Below are positions 1 through 14,738 of a stretch of DNA of 64,000 nucleotides, piece by piece. Every line of letters begins with the position of its first letter. The stretch's first letter is position 1. A model generated the notes under the pieces. The model was not told where the DNA came from and did no database searches. It saw nothing but the letters and a program-made list of their open reading frames with translations. The translations under genes and the position numbers were made by a program. Source of the stretch: Paraspadella gotoi (lineage: Eukaryota; Animalia; Chaetognatha); NCBI GenBank assembly GCA_051294375.1, contig CM119263.1:13656414-13720413 (forward strand), written 5' to 3'.

Positions 1-526
1 AACAGATATGATTTTTTAAACTTAAGTATTCCAAAACAAAAAGGGAAAATTGTATTTTCTTTAAAAGCTTCAGAATCATTGACCTTGTTTTCATCTGATT
101 TTTTATTAATTTTAAAAATATTATCTACGGATCTGGGTCGATCCACTTGTCCAGCCATAATTCCAGATGACCAGTACATTTTTTTTTCTTTTTTAATCAA
201 TTACAAATAACATAAAATATCAGAATAAAGAAGATTAATCGTAAATGAATCAAATTTCTTCACGTTTAATTTTTCTGTGATTTATTTCATTTTAAAAAAT
301 CACTGCTCCTAAATGAATAGCCCGATTTTTATAAAACTTATGCCAAACTCTTTATCTTTCAATTTACTTATAAATTTGTAAAAAAAATCAAAATAGACAG
401 GATATTTTTAAAGACTCATATAAAGTGGCTCGTTTTTTTTTGTTTTTTTTTTCTTTTTTGCACGTGACTGAAGAGTCATTCATCTTCTGGTCTTATCTGT
501 CTGTCTGTCGTCTTCTCTCACTCTCT

Positions 527-611
<85 letters not shown>

Positions 612-1764
612 ACGCTTTCCATGGACGCGGTCCACTTGTTTGTCTTCCAACCGTCGAAAATCTTTTAGCTAATAAGCTTCCAGCGCCTCCCTGATTCGGC
701 GGTGGGCCACGACCGGTGCGCGGCTGGCGGCGCGTCTGCAGATTTTGCTTCTGTCAATATGAGAGACAACGATCATTGCGACACATCGGCAAACACCGAA
801 AAGGTCTGTTGCCTCGATGGAAAGAGAAGCAGTTGCAACCGACGCGCGCAGCAACTTTTGCAACGCAAACTACGAAATTTCGGCCCGCGCGATTTGGATT
901 CGTCTTTTACGGGCCGTTAAGGGATCGAGAGGATTAGAAAGATTTTCTTTTTTCAAATCGCCCTCCCGGCAACTAATAACTCACCGGTTTTAATTGCTCA
1001 CAATAGAAAAAAAAAAAGAGAAGAAATTAGATTCTCACCGAGCGATTAATCGTAGTCCGTTTCTTTGGCGATAAGGGATAAGATTAGGATTTATTATTGG
1101 GTGGAGGAGGTTAGAAGAAGAAGGAAAGAAAAGAGAGAAGAGCAGGATAGTAGAAAAGATAGAAGACAAAGAAATAGGCGAGAGGACCTCTAAAAAAAAA
1201 AGAGAAGTGAAAGAACGGCTCAACGAAACCAAGAGAGAGAGAGAGAGAGGGGGGGAAGAGTCAAAATGAACGTTCAGTTTACTGAGAGAGGGGGGAATAT
1301 AGCCTTATAGGATACTTTGTTGACTCAGTCATTTCCTTTCCTCGACGAGGGAGAAAGCCTCTCGAAATGAACGAATAATGTCTGACTTTAGTGGGAGGGT
1401 CTGACCGGCCACCCGGGGTCAGACCGTCCTTGAGCTTGGAATTATATCAGAAATTTTGAGATTATTCTGATAAAAAGCTGTACTAGATAAACTTTTAACG
1501 GCTTTTAATCATATTGGTACATGGTAATCATTTTTTTCGTAAATACATAAATTGAAAGGAGTAATGTAAAAATATGGAACGTAAAGCTTGCAAGAAATAA
1601 ATTAATTCCAATCAGTTTACTTTTGAATCGTAGATATACAACAGTTAACTCAGCGATCGATAGATCAACTGCTGCACCCGTGATCCCGCGGGTTAATGTG
1701 AGCAGATTCTGAGAAAAACGATTTCGGATGAACCATTTGGTCAGATTTTTAGTTGCCACGGAGC

Positions 1765-1819
<55 letters not shown>

Positions 1820-3215
1820 GAGACCTCACGCGGTCCAAGTAAAAAGACGATTAACCTTTTAAGTAAAAAAAAACAAAAGCAAATCGGATTCCTCGTCCAC
1901 GAAAAAGACGAAGACGAAAACGACAACGACGACGAAGACGACTAAGACGAAGACGACGACGACGACCGCAGCCGGATGAGCCGCCGAGAGAGAAAATCCA
2001 AAGTCATCCTGGAATCAAAGGCAAAGGAAAGATAGAAAGAAGGAAAAAGAATGGAAAGAAAATAAGTCGAGAGACATCAAAGGTTTTGGAAGGGAAGACT
2101 CGGCACCGAGCGCGAGGGGGGGGGATTAGAGAAAATGGTTCAGGATCTCTCCGTTTATGGAATGGAAGAGTCGTTTTGACGCGGATTTTTCTCTCTCTCC
2201 TCTCTCTCATCTCTCTCTCTCCTCTCTCCTCTCTCTCTCTCTCGTCTCTCTCTCTCTCTCTCTCTCTCTCTTCCCTCTCTCTCTCTCTCTTCCTTGTGGT
2301 GCTCACGGGCGATTTCTTTTCCGAAAGAGAGTATCGGGCAAAAGCAAAGAGGAAGTTTGACGGATTCGTCCGAGTTTTTCGTTTTCTTTCTTGATGATCT
2401 TTCTTCGGCGACGGATTGTCCGATGGAAGGTCCGATCGAAGCTTCCTGGGAATATATGAGAAATCGTCGTCGTTCTCGTCGTAGTCGTCCCTTCAGGAAG
2501 ACAAAGGGAAGAGTTTTAATTTGATCCCCGGTGGAGCCGCGCGAGAAAAAAGGACTTTGTTGTTTTGATGCCAGAGAACGCGATGCCTTTTTCGGCGTGA
2601 GGCGGTGTCGTTACCGACATCACAGCGTCATTTTCTCACGGAGTCACTAGTGAAAAAGTCAATTTAGGTTTGGAGGATAAAACCGGAGCGAATCTAAATA
2701 AGACTTTACTGGGGGGTCGAATTTTTCGTCGTCCAAAGTTAATCAAAATTACAGACGCTTATATTACTTGGGTGGTTTCAAACACTGACTAGAAAAACGA
2801 CCGCTGATTAAGGAGCAACGAATTTTATACAGTGTAATATGTCAACTGCTAATATTTTTTTTCCTTGAAAATCCTTTTACTAATTTGTAAGAAATTCCAA
2901 ATCATGCATGATCATGCGCGTTATTTAAAATGAATTTAAAAGTTGGTTGTACCAATTTCATAAAACTATTCACTCGTGAACAATTCGCCGTTCACCTCGT
3001 CGGTTTCTGGACCAACGTACAAAAGAAAGTCCCACCGCCTCGCGGGGGAAGAGATTCTTTATGGCAGAAGGAAGCTCTTTGCCTGATTCCATCTCGTTCC
3101 ATCCTGATTCCATCTTGGAATCTTCTTTAAGAGATGGAATCGTTTTTGTCATCGGATTCCTCTTTGCTTTTTCTTCGGACGTTCGTTAGTGTTCGTGCGA
3201 AATCCCCGGACGACG

Positions 3216-3285
<70 letters not shown>

Positions 3286-3351
3286 TCTGGCGTCGGATCG
3301 TCTAAAGTGAGAGTTTCTTCAGGGACATTCCGTCTTCCAATCGGAGAGAAA

Positions 3352-3415
<64 letters not shown>

Positions 3416-3893
3416 AGAAGAGAGAGAGAGAGAGAGAGATAGAGAGAGGTCGAGACAAAAGAGGCGAATAAGGGATGATCCCTCGACGCCGTAGGAAGAG
3501 CGATGAATACAAAAGGAAGAGAGAAAACTGATTGAGGACGGATTAACTCGATTAACCTTTTTTTTTTTTAACTTTCCTTCCCTCACCGACTCACCGTCCG
3601 ACGGGCCGAAAGAAGGAAAAAAAACCGGTGAAACTGACTTTGGGCGGATTAGCTCCTCCTAGCGGAGTCCCGGGGCCACCGCATTGGCAGGCGTTGGATT
3701 AATTTGTCGCGTCAACATCTCCATCTGGGAATCAATTATCGTATTTCGCGTTGCGAAGGATCAAAAAATTGTCGGACCTTCTCGCGCGATCTACGCTGAC
3801 GCTAAAAAAGAGATTTGCTTTGTTGATTTGCGTCGGCGTGATAGCATATTCGCGGCGGCGTTTGCGGTGACGGCGGTGACGGCGTTTGGTTTT

Positions 3894-3941
<48 letters not shown>
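3894..3941 (+). repeat. (GCG)n microsatellite
   Basis: Directly visible; source of the poly-Ala ORF. Confidence 0.95.
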
Positions 3942-5575
3942 TCAGCAAGTTTTCTAACCGCGGGATTCTATCTCTCGACGATAAAGGGTGAATGACCTAA
4001 ATATCAATTTTTTAAGTTAATTATCTTTGTCATTTTAAACAAAAAAGACGATCTATTGATCTTTTGGGGATTTTTTATGGTTTCGACCCCGAAAGAGGTT
4101 TCAGTCGAAGGTCGCGATACTTGCTTGCTCGTCGTTAAATGTCTAAAGTGTTACTTGCAACGAGTGCAGTTATTAAAGCATATTCCCTGCCTTTCTGCTA
4201 GTAAAAAAAAAGGATATTATTATTTAATTTATATTTTAAGTAAATGACTGTCGGATTATTTACTGATAGAATAACTATTTCTTCATTATATTTCTTCACT
4301 ATATTTTTTATACTTAAATTAAATTATAGGTTAACTATAACAGTTTTTTTTAGGATTTTGACCCACTTAATGAAAAAAATCAACTTTTCGTGAGGAATCC
4401 GAATCTGCTTTCAAAAATAGGAAAAAAACATTTTAAAGTTTTAATATTTTCTATGGTTAGTACTATGTATAAATATGGGCGTATGCGAAAATTGAAAAAT
4501 GAATAATAATACATAATAATAATAATAATAATAATATTTTTTTATTTAAAAATGTTCATGATCTATACTATTCGAAATTCGATTCTACTTGACTTTAATA
4601 TTTTTGCTATGCCTTATTGATGACCCCGCAAGGTTTCCGTGGTCACAACTCAAAATCAATTTGCTCGTAAAATAAAAGCAAAAAAATTCTTTCCGAAAAA
4701 ATTTAAGTTTTATTTCCAGCGACGTCAGAGAATTGAGGTTCGTCTTCGCGAGTAAATCCAGGCTTGTTGTCGCTAAATAGACGCTTCGCTTAATAGAGGC
4801 TGGTCGCCGCTAAAACGAGGCTAGTCGCCGTTAAATCGAGACTCGTCGCCGATCTGTTCCGGGGCGACGTCACCGGAGTGAGCGCCTTCGACCAGGAAGG
4901 TAAGCCTGCCTTTCGGCGCTCACGTTTGCCGAGTGGTGTGGAAACTCGAGGGAAAAAAAGAACAAAAAAGTCGGGAGAACCTAAAAGACACAAACGGAAA
5001 CCGTGGCCGAAAAAAAAGAGGAAAAAGGACGAAGGTTTAAGAGGCAAAAAAGACTTGAAAACNNNNNNNNNNNNNNNNNNNNNNNNNNNNNNNNNNNNNN
5101 NNNNNNNNNNNNNNNNNNNNNNNNNNNNNNNNNNNNNNNNNNNNNNNNNNNNNNNNNNNNNNNNNNNNNNNNNNNNNNNNNNNNNNNNNNNNNNNNNNNN
5201 NNNNNNNNNNNNNNNNNNNNNNNNNNNNNNNNTTTTGCAAACTGTTTGTCCCACTCTATCTACACATCTCTCTCTCTTTTTATCTCCGTCACTCTCACCC
5301 TTTCTCTCATTCCCACCGCCAAGACAGAATAAAAGGCAAACGGACGCGAGGCTCCAGGGGGTCGCCTGACCCCGGTGTCCCCCTCCTTGCCTCTCAATGT
5401 CCAACCCCGATCGGCCCGCGTCCTCGGCGAGAGAAAGAAAACGGAGGTAAATGGAATTTGGGAATGAAAGGGTCGGGCCGCCCTTTTGAAACACCTACCC
5501 GCCTCCGCGGTAATGATCGAGGCCTCCCGAAGCAGATAGCTTCGGTTAGAGAGAATGAATAAACGGAGAGAAGAG

Positions 5576-5653
<78 letters not shown>

Positions 5654-5997
5654 TGAGAAAGGCGGGCAAAAAGCCCTCCGAAATTTCAACCGGTGGAAAA
5701 CAATTGGAGATCAACCGCCGGACCGAGTTTTTAATTGAGAATCTGGCCTCCAGTCTTCTCGACCCCTTAGCGGGACCGGAGACATTTTTTCTTTTACCAC
5801 GCAGGTAATGGCCGTGGCGCCCCCAAGGGGGGCCCACACTAGTTTGTTAATTTTGTCAATCTGGGCGGTCTTCTTCCCACAAATAACTGTAAAGCCATTG
5901 TTATCTACTTCATCAGCTACTTCGTTAAGTTTAGCTAGTCGTTCCTGATTGTCCGGGAATAAAGCCACACAAGACTTAGGTAATCAATGATTACATA

Positions 5998-6158
5998 AGT
6001 CTTACTAATCATCCTAATTACTTGTATTTTTTAGGCCCGTTTTGGCCTTTTGTTGCTGCAAGATCGCGTAACCATCTTAACCAGTCTTACTAATCATCCT
6101 AATTATTTTTTTTTTTGCCTGTTTTGACCTTTTATTGCTGCAAGATCGCGTAACCATC
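5998..6158 (+). repeat. Two-copy ~85-bp direct tandem duplication
   Basis: AGTCTTACTAATCATCCTAATTA...TTGCTGCAAGATCGCGTAACCATC occurs twice. Confidence 0.9.
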
Positions 6159-7125
6159 ACCACCTTCAGGTTTCCACTTCCGCCGTCACTTTCCTCGCGT
6201 CAATTTCGTCAATTCGTAAATTTCCTTTTTCTCTTACGGCCAATTCGTAAATTCGTCATTTCCCTTCCTCGTAAGTGGCATTTTCCCCTCGCCATCAACG
6301 GCATAAATTCTCTCCTTTCCTCTCCTCAAATTCGTGCCCCACCCCCCAAAATTCGTAAATTTCTTTCTGTGAAGTCTTTCCCTCTCCCCCAAATTCGTAA
6401 ATCGGCCCCGCTGTCGCGCCCGAACAATGCCGGGGCGGAAGAAAGGGCGGAAAAGGGCGGGGGACATCGGGGTTCGAACCCGGTATTTACGACGACGTCG
6501 CTTCCTCCCCTCTCTCCATCGACGGAGGTTTTTTCCCGCCGCGTATATATTTCCCGTTCGCCTCGGAAGGGAAGGCGCGAAAAGGGCGTGAATGGGTGGC
6601 TGTCAGGCGGGCGCTGAGTGACGACCAGTAGATCACGTTCGTAGTGACGCATTCGTCCTCCTCTCTCCTGCCTCCTTGGGGTCATAACTGTCGATGGGCC
6701 CCTCGATTCGCCGGGTCGGTCGATGAGTCCGATTCCATCGATTTCGCAGCCATAGATCGGTCGCCGCATAATCGCCAATCTGCAATGAATTTCAATGAGA
6801 GTATTGACTCTGTTGTTCAGTATCTAGCCTTTTCGCTTGTCGATAGAATTTTATATTTTGTACCTATTATTTCGATTTTTAGTATACTCTTCGATAGTTT
6901 TCTAATATATTACGGTTCTAATCTGCTATTTTCCTAAGTATCTCTCGATTTCTTCGCGTGTTTTTTTTCCTTTGTTTTTTATGTATTAATCCCTAATCCC
7001 TAACGGTTAACACTTTTTCTTTCTTTCCTTGCTTATCATTGACGTCGGCCTTGTGGATAAATATGGATTTGAAATATTGGCAAATTCATTTGACGATTTT
7101 NNNNNNNNNNNNNNNNNNNNNNNNN

Positions 7126-10100
7126 GTTTGCGTTCAAAATGTTTGGTCTAGGTTAATGTTTAGGATGCTCGAGTGTTTTTCGGTTTCGGCTTGTGGAATT
7201 TAGCTCGATTAGCTTGCGATTTCTGTGCAAAGCGCTGTTAAAAGAATTTTTGTAAAGACATTAGTAATTAGACATCTATAACGGTGATGGATTTTAAAAT
7301 TGACGCTGGCTATTGAAAACTCGGGTCTTTATGTTGCTGTTTTGTCTGTGTCTCGCCGTGAATACTTAAATTAAAAGATCATTTTTGGACCAGAAGGTAT
7401 ACGAACCATTTAATCCAGAGATAAGCTTTTTTTTTACACAGTCCCATGCGTTATTAATGTTTTCATTACTCTTTCTTTACTTTATTATTTCTTTTCAGTC
7501 GTTGATTATAATAAAAATATAAATCATTTGTGCTCTACATAACACGACTCTTGCTTTGTAGGTATTGTTCAATTTTCGTTACCGTCGGTTCAATAACGAC
7601 ATTCAGATTTTCCACTAATCTGAGGCATTATTTAATCGATAATAATCAATTCTTATTAAATTTCGTAAGCGATTCTTCAACTTATAGGTAGCTGAATAAT
7701 TTTGATGTTTCGGTCAATTAGGCTCAGGAATTAAGCCAATTAAAAATCGTTAGAAAATATGTCTAAAGTAATATTATAAACATATTAAACATATATAATT
7801 GATTCTGCAGTTTAAAAGAATATTATAAAACGTTTTTCTCCCTATTATTCGTAGTCGAACCAAATTGCCTTGCTCTCTTAAAATTCCTTTATTTCTCCTT
7901 CTTTCCCTGCCACGTCCGGCTGTTCTCAGTTGACCCCTTCATTCTCTCTCTCAACTCACATGACGCTTCTACCCTCTTATGCGATCATGTGGCACGTCTT
8001 TCATTGATCATACTATGGTATCCGCAATCCTACGGTGTTGCCCTCCTTTCCGAGAGTGGACCTGGCTCTTCGCACTCCGACTTCATTTGTTCCTGTTCTA
8101 TGACCAAAATCATAATCAATCGAGCCTCGATAGGAATCACGTGAATTCAGGCATCCCCCACCCCCCCCCTAACTGAGCTCGCTTTTCACTCTTTTTTCGC
8201 TCTCTATGTCGGCGTCTATCTGACTACCGCATCGGGTGCCCTTGCCGTTCCCGCGCTCTCACTTTTCTCTCTCTTCTCTCTCTCTTTCTCTCTCTCTCTC
8301 TCCGTTCTCTCTCTCTCTTCTTCTCTCTTCTCTCTTCTCTCTCTCTTCTCTCTCTCTCTTCTAATTCTTCCTCTTCTCTCTAACGGTCTCTCCCTTCTCG
8401 TCTTCTTCTTCTGTACTACATAGATCTAGATTCTCTTTCGTCGATATTTTTTGATGGAATAACCAGCCTTCCTCTCGATTCAGGCGACGGTCCGATAGAT
8501 TCTGTTTCGGATGTCTCGGTCCCCAGCTCGACGGCGGGAGTTCCCCGCGGAGGTGTCCCGCGCCGACGTTTCAGAGATTTTAGGGTCATTACCAGCCGCT
8601 CGGGTGGGGTTTTCACTCAGCTCACCCCCAGGCCTCGGTTTCCCATTCCGAGAAGTTAAGAAAACTCGCACTTACTCCCATGGGTGGACTGAAAGAGAGA
8701 GACATACGCGAGGAGGAAGATGAACGATGGGGGTCGTAATTGAAATTTCACGCAAAGATTATTTTCATATGTTTTTTTATACTGATATACTTCAATAATC
8801 CATATCTTTACGCTGACAAAATTTATTTCAATAAATCGGACCCTCCTCGATGACTCTCTCTTCAGTCCACCATGGGAAGGTGAGGTTTTCTTAACTTCTC
8901 GAAATGGAACCGAGGCTGGGGCACTCGGCAAAGGGGGCAGCACCGGAGGCGAAAAGCGTCATGTGACCGAGAGAGAATGAAGGGGTCAAGTGAACGCGAC
9001 TGGGAAAGAAGAGAATAAGGATTTAAAGAGAGGCAAAGGCAATTTGGTTGACCGGATCGGGAGAAAACGTTTAAATATTCTTTTTTAAACTGCAGGATAT
9101 AATTTAAATGTTTTAAATGTTTAATGTTAACTTTTACATTTATTCTCTAACGACTTTTATTGGCCTCTTTAATTGCCTGAAGCTAACTTGACGCGAACAC
9201 AAAATTTATTTCAACTAAACCTATAGTTGAAAATGCTCGAATTTAAAATGAATTTAATTATTATTTCGATTAAATAAATGCCTCAGATTAGTAGGCAAAA
9301 TTCTTGATGTTCGGTTATTACCGACGGTAACATTGAACATGCCCAAAAGCAGAGTCGGTGGTTATTAGAGCAAATAATGTTATTTTTTTATTTATCACTG
9401 AAAGAAATAATAAATAAAGAAAGAAAGTATAAAAATTTAATACACGCATTTNNNNNNNNNNNNNNNNNNNNNNNNNNNNNNNNNNNNNNNNNNNNNNNNN
9501 NNNNNNNNNNNNNNNNNNNNNNNNNNNNNNNNNNNNNNNNNNNNNNNNNNNNNNNNNNNNNNNNNNNNNNNNNNNNNNNNNNNNNNNNNNNNNNNNNNNN
9601 NNNNNNNNNNNNNNNNNNNNNNNNNNNNNNNNNNNNNNNNNNNNNNNNNNNNNNNNNNNNNNNNNNNNNNNNNNNNNNNNNNNNNNNNNNNNNNNNNNNN
9701 NNNNNNNNNNNNNNNNNNNNNNNNNNNNNNNNNNNNNNNNNNNNNNNNNNNNNNNNNNNNNNNNNNNNNNNNNNNNNNNNNNNNNNGCATGGGACCTTGT
9801 AAAAAAAAAAGCTTATCTCTGATTAATGGGTCCTTCTGGTCCAAATGAGTCTTTAATTTAAGTATGTCAACGGCGAGACACAGGACAAGACAGCAACACA
9901 AGACCAGTTTTCATAGCCAGCTTCCAATTTTTAAATCCATAGCTGTTTTTAGATGCTAATTACTAATTACTTTCAAAATTTTTAACGCGCTTTGCAAGAA
10001 ATCGCAAGCTATCAACTAAATTCACCAAGCAGCAAACGAAAACAACATCTAAACATTAACCTACCAAACTTGAAACGCAAAAGTTTCTTGTCCGATTCGA

Positions 10101-11224
10101 TCGCGTTCTGATCCCCGTAATATTTCACTTATCCTCCATCGACTCCAGAACGCGACCCTTCGCCTTCTCCCCGTTAATCACGATCCCCATGAACAAAACA
10201 ATCGTCGATGCCGACCCCCGGCACCGACGGCCCCGCGCCGGCTCCGCCCCGCGGCCTCGTCACCCTTTCCGCGCGCCCATCGCTCCGCGGTCGTCGTCGT
10301 GGCCGTTGACGGTGGTCTCCTCCCATTCGAGTCCCTCTGAACTCCTTTCCAGACTCGCGGAGACTCGATCGTGATTTACTGCCTCCCGCGCCGTGGAGGG
10401 ATCCAAAGGANNNNNNNNNNCTCGATTGATTAATGATTTTGGTCAGAAGGAACAAATGAATCGGAGTGCGAAGAGCGCAGGCCACCTCGGAAAGGGGGCA
10501 GCACCGGAGGGAAAGGCGTCACGTGACGAGAGAGAATGAAGGGGTCAATGAACGCGACTGGGAAAGAAGAGAATAAAGGAATTTTAAGAGAGTAAGGCAA
10601 TTTGGTTGACAATGGGAGAAAACCTTTTAAATATTCTTTTTAAACTGCAGATATCAATTTAAATGTTTAAATGTTAATGTTACTTTACATATTTCTACGA
10701 TTTTATTGGCTTAATTCCTGAGCTATTGACCGAACACAAAATTATTCAAGCTACCCCATAAGTTGAAAATGCTCGAATTTAAATAGAAAATATTTTTACT
10801 ATTATTTCGATTAAATAAATGCCTCAGATTAGTAGGAAANNNNNNNNNNNNNNNNNNNNNNNNNNNNNNNNNNNNNNNNNNNNNNNNNNNNNNNNNNNNN
10901 NNNNNNNNNNNNNNNNNNNNNNNNNNNNNNNNNNNNNNNNNNNNNNNNNNNNNNNNNNNNNNNNNNNNNNNNNNNNNNNNNNNNNNNNNNNNNNNNNNNN
11001 NNNNNNNNNNNNNNNNNNNNNNNNNNNNNNNNNNNNNNNNNNNNNNNNNNNNNNNNNNNNNNNNNNNNNNNNNNNNNNNNNNNNNNNNNNNNNNNNNNNN
11101 NNNNNNNNNNNNNNNNNNNNNNNNNNNNAGCTCATCTCTGATTAATGGGTCCTTCTGGTCCAAATGAGACTTTAATTTAAGTATATCAACGGCGAGACAC
11201 AGGACAAGACAGCAACACAAGACC
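7126..11224. repeat. Noisy inverted/direct triplication of a ~1-kb segment around assembly gaps (7126-8110 inverted vs 8925-10082 and 10421-11224; inner palindrome 8630-8720 / 8840-8920)
   Basis: Shared text such as GCCTCAGATTAGTAGG and CGGCGAGACACAGGACAAGACAGCAACACAAGACCA, with many single-base indels between copies; bounded by N runs. Confidence 0.85.
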
Positions 11225-12812
11225 ATGTGAGAGAGAGAGGAGAAAGGACGAGAGAGAGAGATGATATGGGTGAGAGAGAAGAGAAGAGTAGAGCAGGGAG
11301 TAGAGAGTGATGAGAGAGAGAAGAGAGAGAAAGATCGGGATGAGAGAGAGAGAAAAAGACAATAGACAATTAGACAAATATTAGATTACTTGCGGCTTTA
11401 CGCACCATTGATGCGGGCCTTTAAAAGCTACGCTATTTCTCAAGAATATGTTACAATTTGTAATTGACCTGAAATCGAAAAAGTGCATCGCTACTTCTAA
11501 CTACCTAGTCCGGTTGAACAAAATTCATGAAACCTCTCCAATTTGACAAATGAACACAGATTCGCTCCTTTCCCTTAGTTATTTCCCATCCCAGAAGTGA
11601 GTTCTATCGGAGATATATTGGTGTGTTTGAATACGGATTCACAAGAAACATTAGATCAATAATGTCACAATTCAACACAATTGTAAAACGAATAATACGA
11701 GATAAGCATTCTGCTTTAGAAAAGAGTCCGCGTACTATATTTCTGTAACGCGGGATCATGTCTGCTGCATCTAATAAAATGATCCAGATAGGGGTATGGC
11801 TCGCAGGGGTAAATTTGAAAAGTTCTGTATAGGCAAAGTACTGAAGCTTCTGTCAAATTTTTCCCAGGATGCCATCTTGCACCAGCTGAAGCCAACAACA
11901 TGGTGATGAATACATAAATACATGAGGACAACAAAGACAGAGAATAATAAATATGCCGTAAACAAGCACGCGGCTAGTTATCATTTTAGCCGTACAAATC
12001 TAGACAGGCGCATTGATTGCTAAAATTTTTTGATCTTGCTTTAGCTAAAATAGATCATTTAAATGTAGGAGTCCATGTTAATTTTTTATCTTAAGTTACA
12101 TTTCCTAAAAAATTTAAAACTGTTTGACAAACAGANNNNNNNNNNNNNNNNNNNNNNNNNGAGAGAGAGAGAGAGAGAGGAGACATAAAGACAGAGAAAA
12201 ATATATTCTCGGGGGGCTTGATTGAGAACTTTAGAAGTTTCAAAAATAAATTCAAATTGTAAAAATGTAATCATACATAATTTAAATTAAAAAATAAATC
12301 ATAAAATTCTAAATAAAAGATACACGTAAACATTGTTTTTAACAGACCAAAAGAAAACTTATTTTCAAATTTTAAAAGAACAATGAAGATTGTCAGACAA
12401 AAGGCAACGAATTCTCCTCCCTTAATCGTCTAATTTGAGATTCCCCCTTCCCCTTAATCAGAGACTAAAATCTTCGATTGTTGGTCTGCCCTCTACCCTT
12501 TCTTGGAGAAAACAAAAGGTACCGGATTTCTCTCTCTTTCTCTCTCTATTTATCTCTCTCCCTTGGGCGGGGAATTTCAGAGCAAATTTGATCGGATTCC
12601 GCCCCTTGGGGTCAAGGGCGGTCCCGTTTTATGTAACGGCCGCCAAAACGGACCCAGAAACAAAGGCTCCGGGTCACCTCTGGAAAATTGAAAAGAAAAT
12701 CCAGAGAATTCGAGAGAAATCGAGGAGCGGAGCTCAAGTGTCAAAGGAGACGAAGAGACGGGTCACGGTGCCATTGTGTTCAGTTCAGACTCCTTGTCTC
12801 CTATCGCGGTCG

Positions 12813-12858
<46 letters not shown>

Positions 12859-13154
12859 TTCTTTCTTTTCTTTTTTTTTTTCTCTCTCTCTCTCTCTCTT
12901 TCTTCTTTTTTTTTCTCCCTCTCTTTCTTTCATTTTTTCTCTCTTTTCTTCTCTACTTCTCTTTTACCCTCTCACCTTTTTTCTCATTAATATGGAGCTG
13001 TTTTTTTCTCCTGGAAACGAAACGAAGAGAGAGACAAAGGGAGAGGGAGAGCAATGAATACCTTTTGCCAGTCTGAGTGGCGCCACTCTATCAGGAAGAG
13101 GGCCATAAAAGTTATTAATGGAGTTGCCAGTAGAGATTCTCTCTCTCTCTCTCG

Positions 13155-13191
<37 letters not shown>

Positions 13192-14738
13192 TTTCACTCT
13201 CCAGGACACCCAAGATAGCCCTCCCTCTCTGAGGCATTGAATTCTGCGATTGGGGCGAGCGAACCGACCCTGGAAAAACTTTCACGATCAGTGCCATTTT
13301 TACGACTCGCGTAGTAAGTCAGCGAGCAAGTTACAATTGAATTGGTCCCTCCCCGATCGTGAAACAAATTGGGTTCGTTTATCTATCGAGCGATTTTATT
13401 TCACTAATCGGGAATTTCGGACGATGAAGATTCCGTGAAGATTCATGATTGGGAATTGAATACATTTAATTATTTAATTAATAAATTACTTTCTCGGTAC
13501 AATAACAATCTTCATTATACCACATAAGTTCACGCACACTTTATGTGACTTTAGTGATATTACTGGTAATCAGGAAAATTTGTAGTCGTCGCTGTCTTAG
13601 CATGTTCGTGGTGGTAGTACAATCGTAGTTGTGATAATTTTGGTAGAGGTAATTTTTGCACAGACTTTAGAAGGCAACAACGATCGAGGAATTTGAACCC
13701 GGTGTGTTTGGCGGAGCGAAGGACCACCGCGGCAACGATCGTTGTCAAACCTTTCGATCGCAACTTCGTTCCTTTCTCCTCCTCGCTTTTGTTTATTTCC
13801 GTGATTAATGATCAACGGCGGAGTTCTTTTGTTTTCTGAAATCGACGCGGGAGAAATTATGGCTTGCGTTGGTATGGCATGACTTTGTTTTGTGAATAAT
13901 CAACAATAACATAATTTTTAAATGATATCATCGCTTTATCATTTAAGTTTTCAAGATGAAAGCGAATTTAGAAAAGAAAATTGGCATCTGCTAAACCAGA
14001 ACAAAAAAATATTTGTTGTCGGAGTTACAAACTCATCCCCTCTTGCTGCACCCCGAAAAATAAGAACCGCAGAGTCTAGCGAATTGCGGAACCGTCAATC
14101 CCCTCGCACTAAACCGTTTCCTTTCATCCAGGCGCTAATCCCTCACAAGCAAGTGTCACAAGTAGGCGTGCAATTTGAAGGGGGCCTGGGGGGCCTCGGT
14201 GGAGGCTAGGAAAGTGGGCGTAGAAAAGAAGGAATTGTACAAAAGGGGGCGTCGCGCGAGAGCGTCGAACGCACACAAATCCCGCTGGGGGCTCCAAATC
14301 TCCGACGAAGGAGGCTCTCGAACGTTGACCACAAACCCGAATCCAAAGAGGATTACCACTTCAAAAAAAGGGAAGAAACGAAGAAAAAGAGGAGAGAGAG
14401 AGAGAGAAGAAGAGAGAGAGAGAGAAGAGAAGAGAGAGAGAAGAGAGAGAGGAGAGAGAGAGAGAGAGGAGAGTGGAGAAGAGAAGAGCAAGAGGTGGCC
14501 CCTTGTAATTTGTTACAACAAACATTCGATATTAGTTCGACGTGCGTTCTATCCTTGTTCCTAAAGTTTCAAACGTCGTTCCTTATGGCTTTTATACCAA
14601 ATTCGGTTAACAAAAAATCTAGACCAATGATGGTATAATATATTTTTCTATTTAGCTTTTGATAATTTTTAAAGCAAAAATGTTCGGATTTTTATTACCT
14701 CAAATTCAAAAACAAAAACTCAAATATAAATTTAAAGT

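Noticed and set aside
6466-6484. B-box GGTTCGAACCC suggesting a tRNA or SINE
   Set aside because: No A box or cloverleaf found on either strand.
4790-11226. Long ORFs containing X runs
   Set aside because: They are open only because they cross N gaps.
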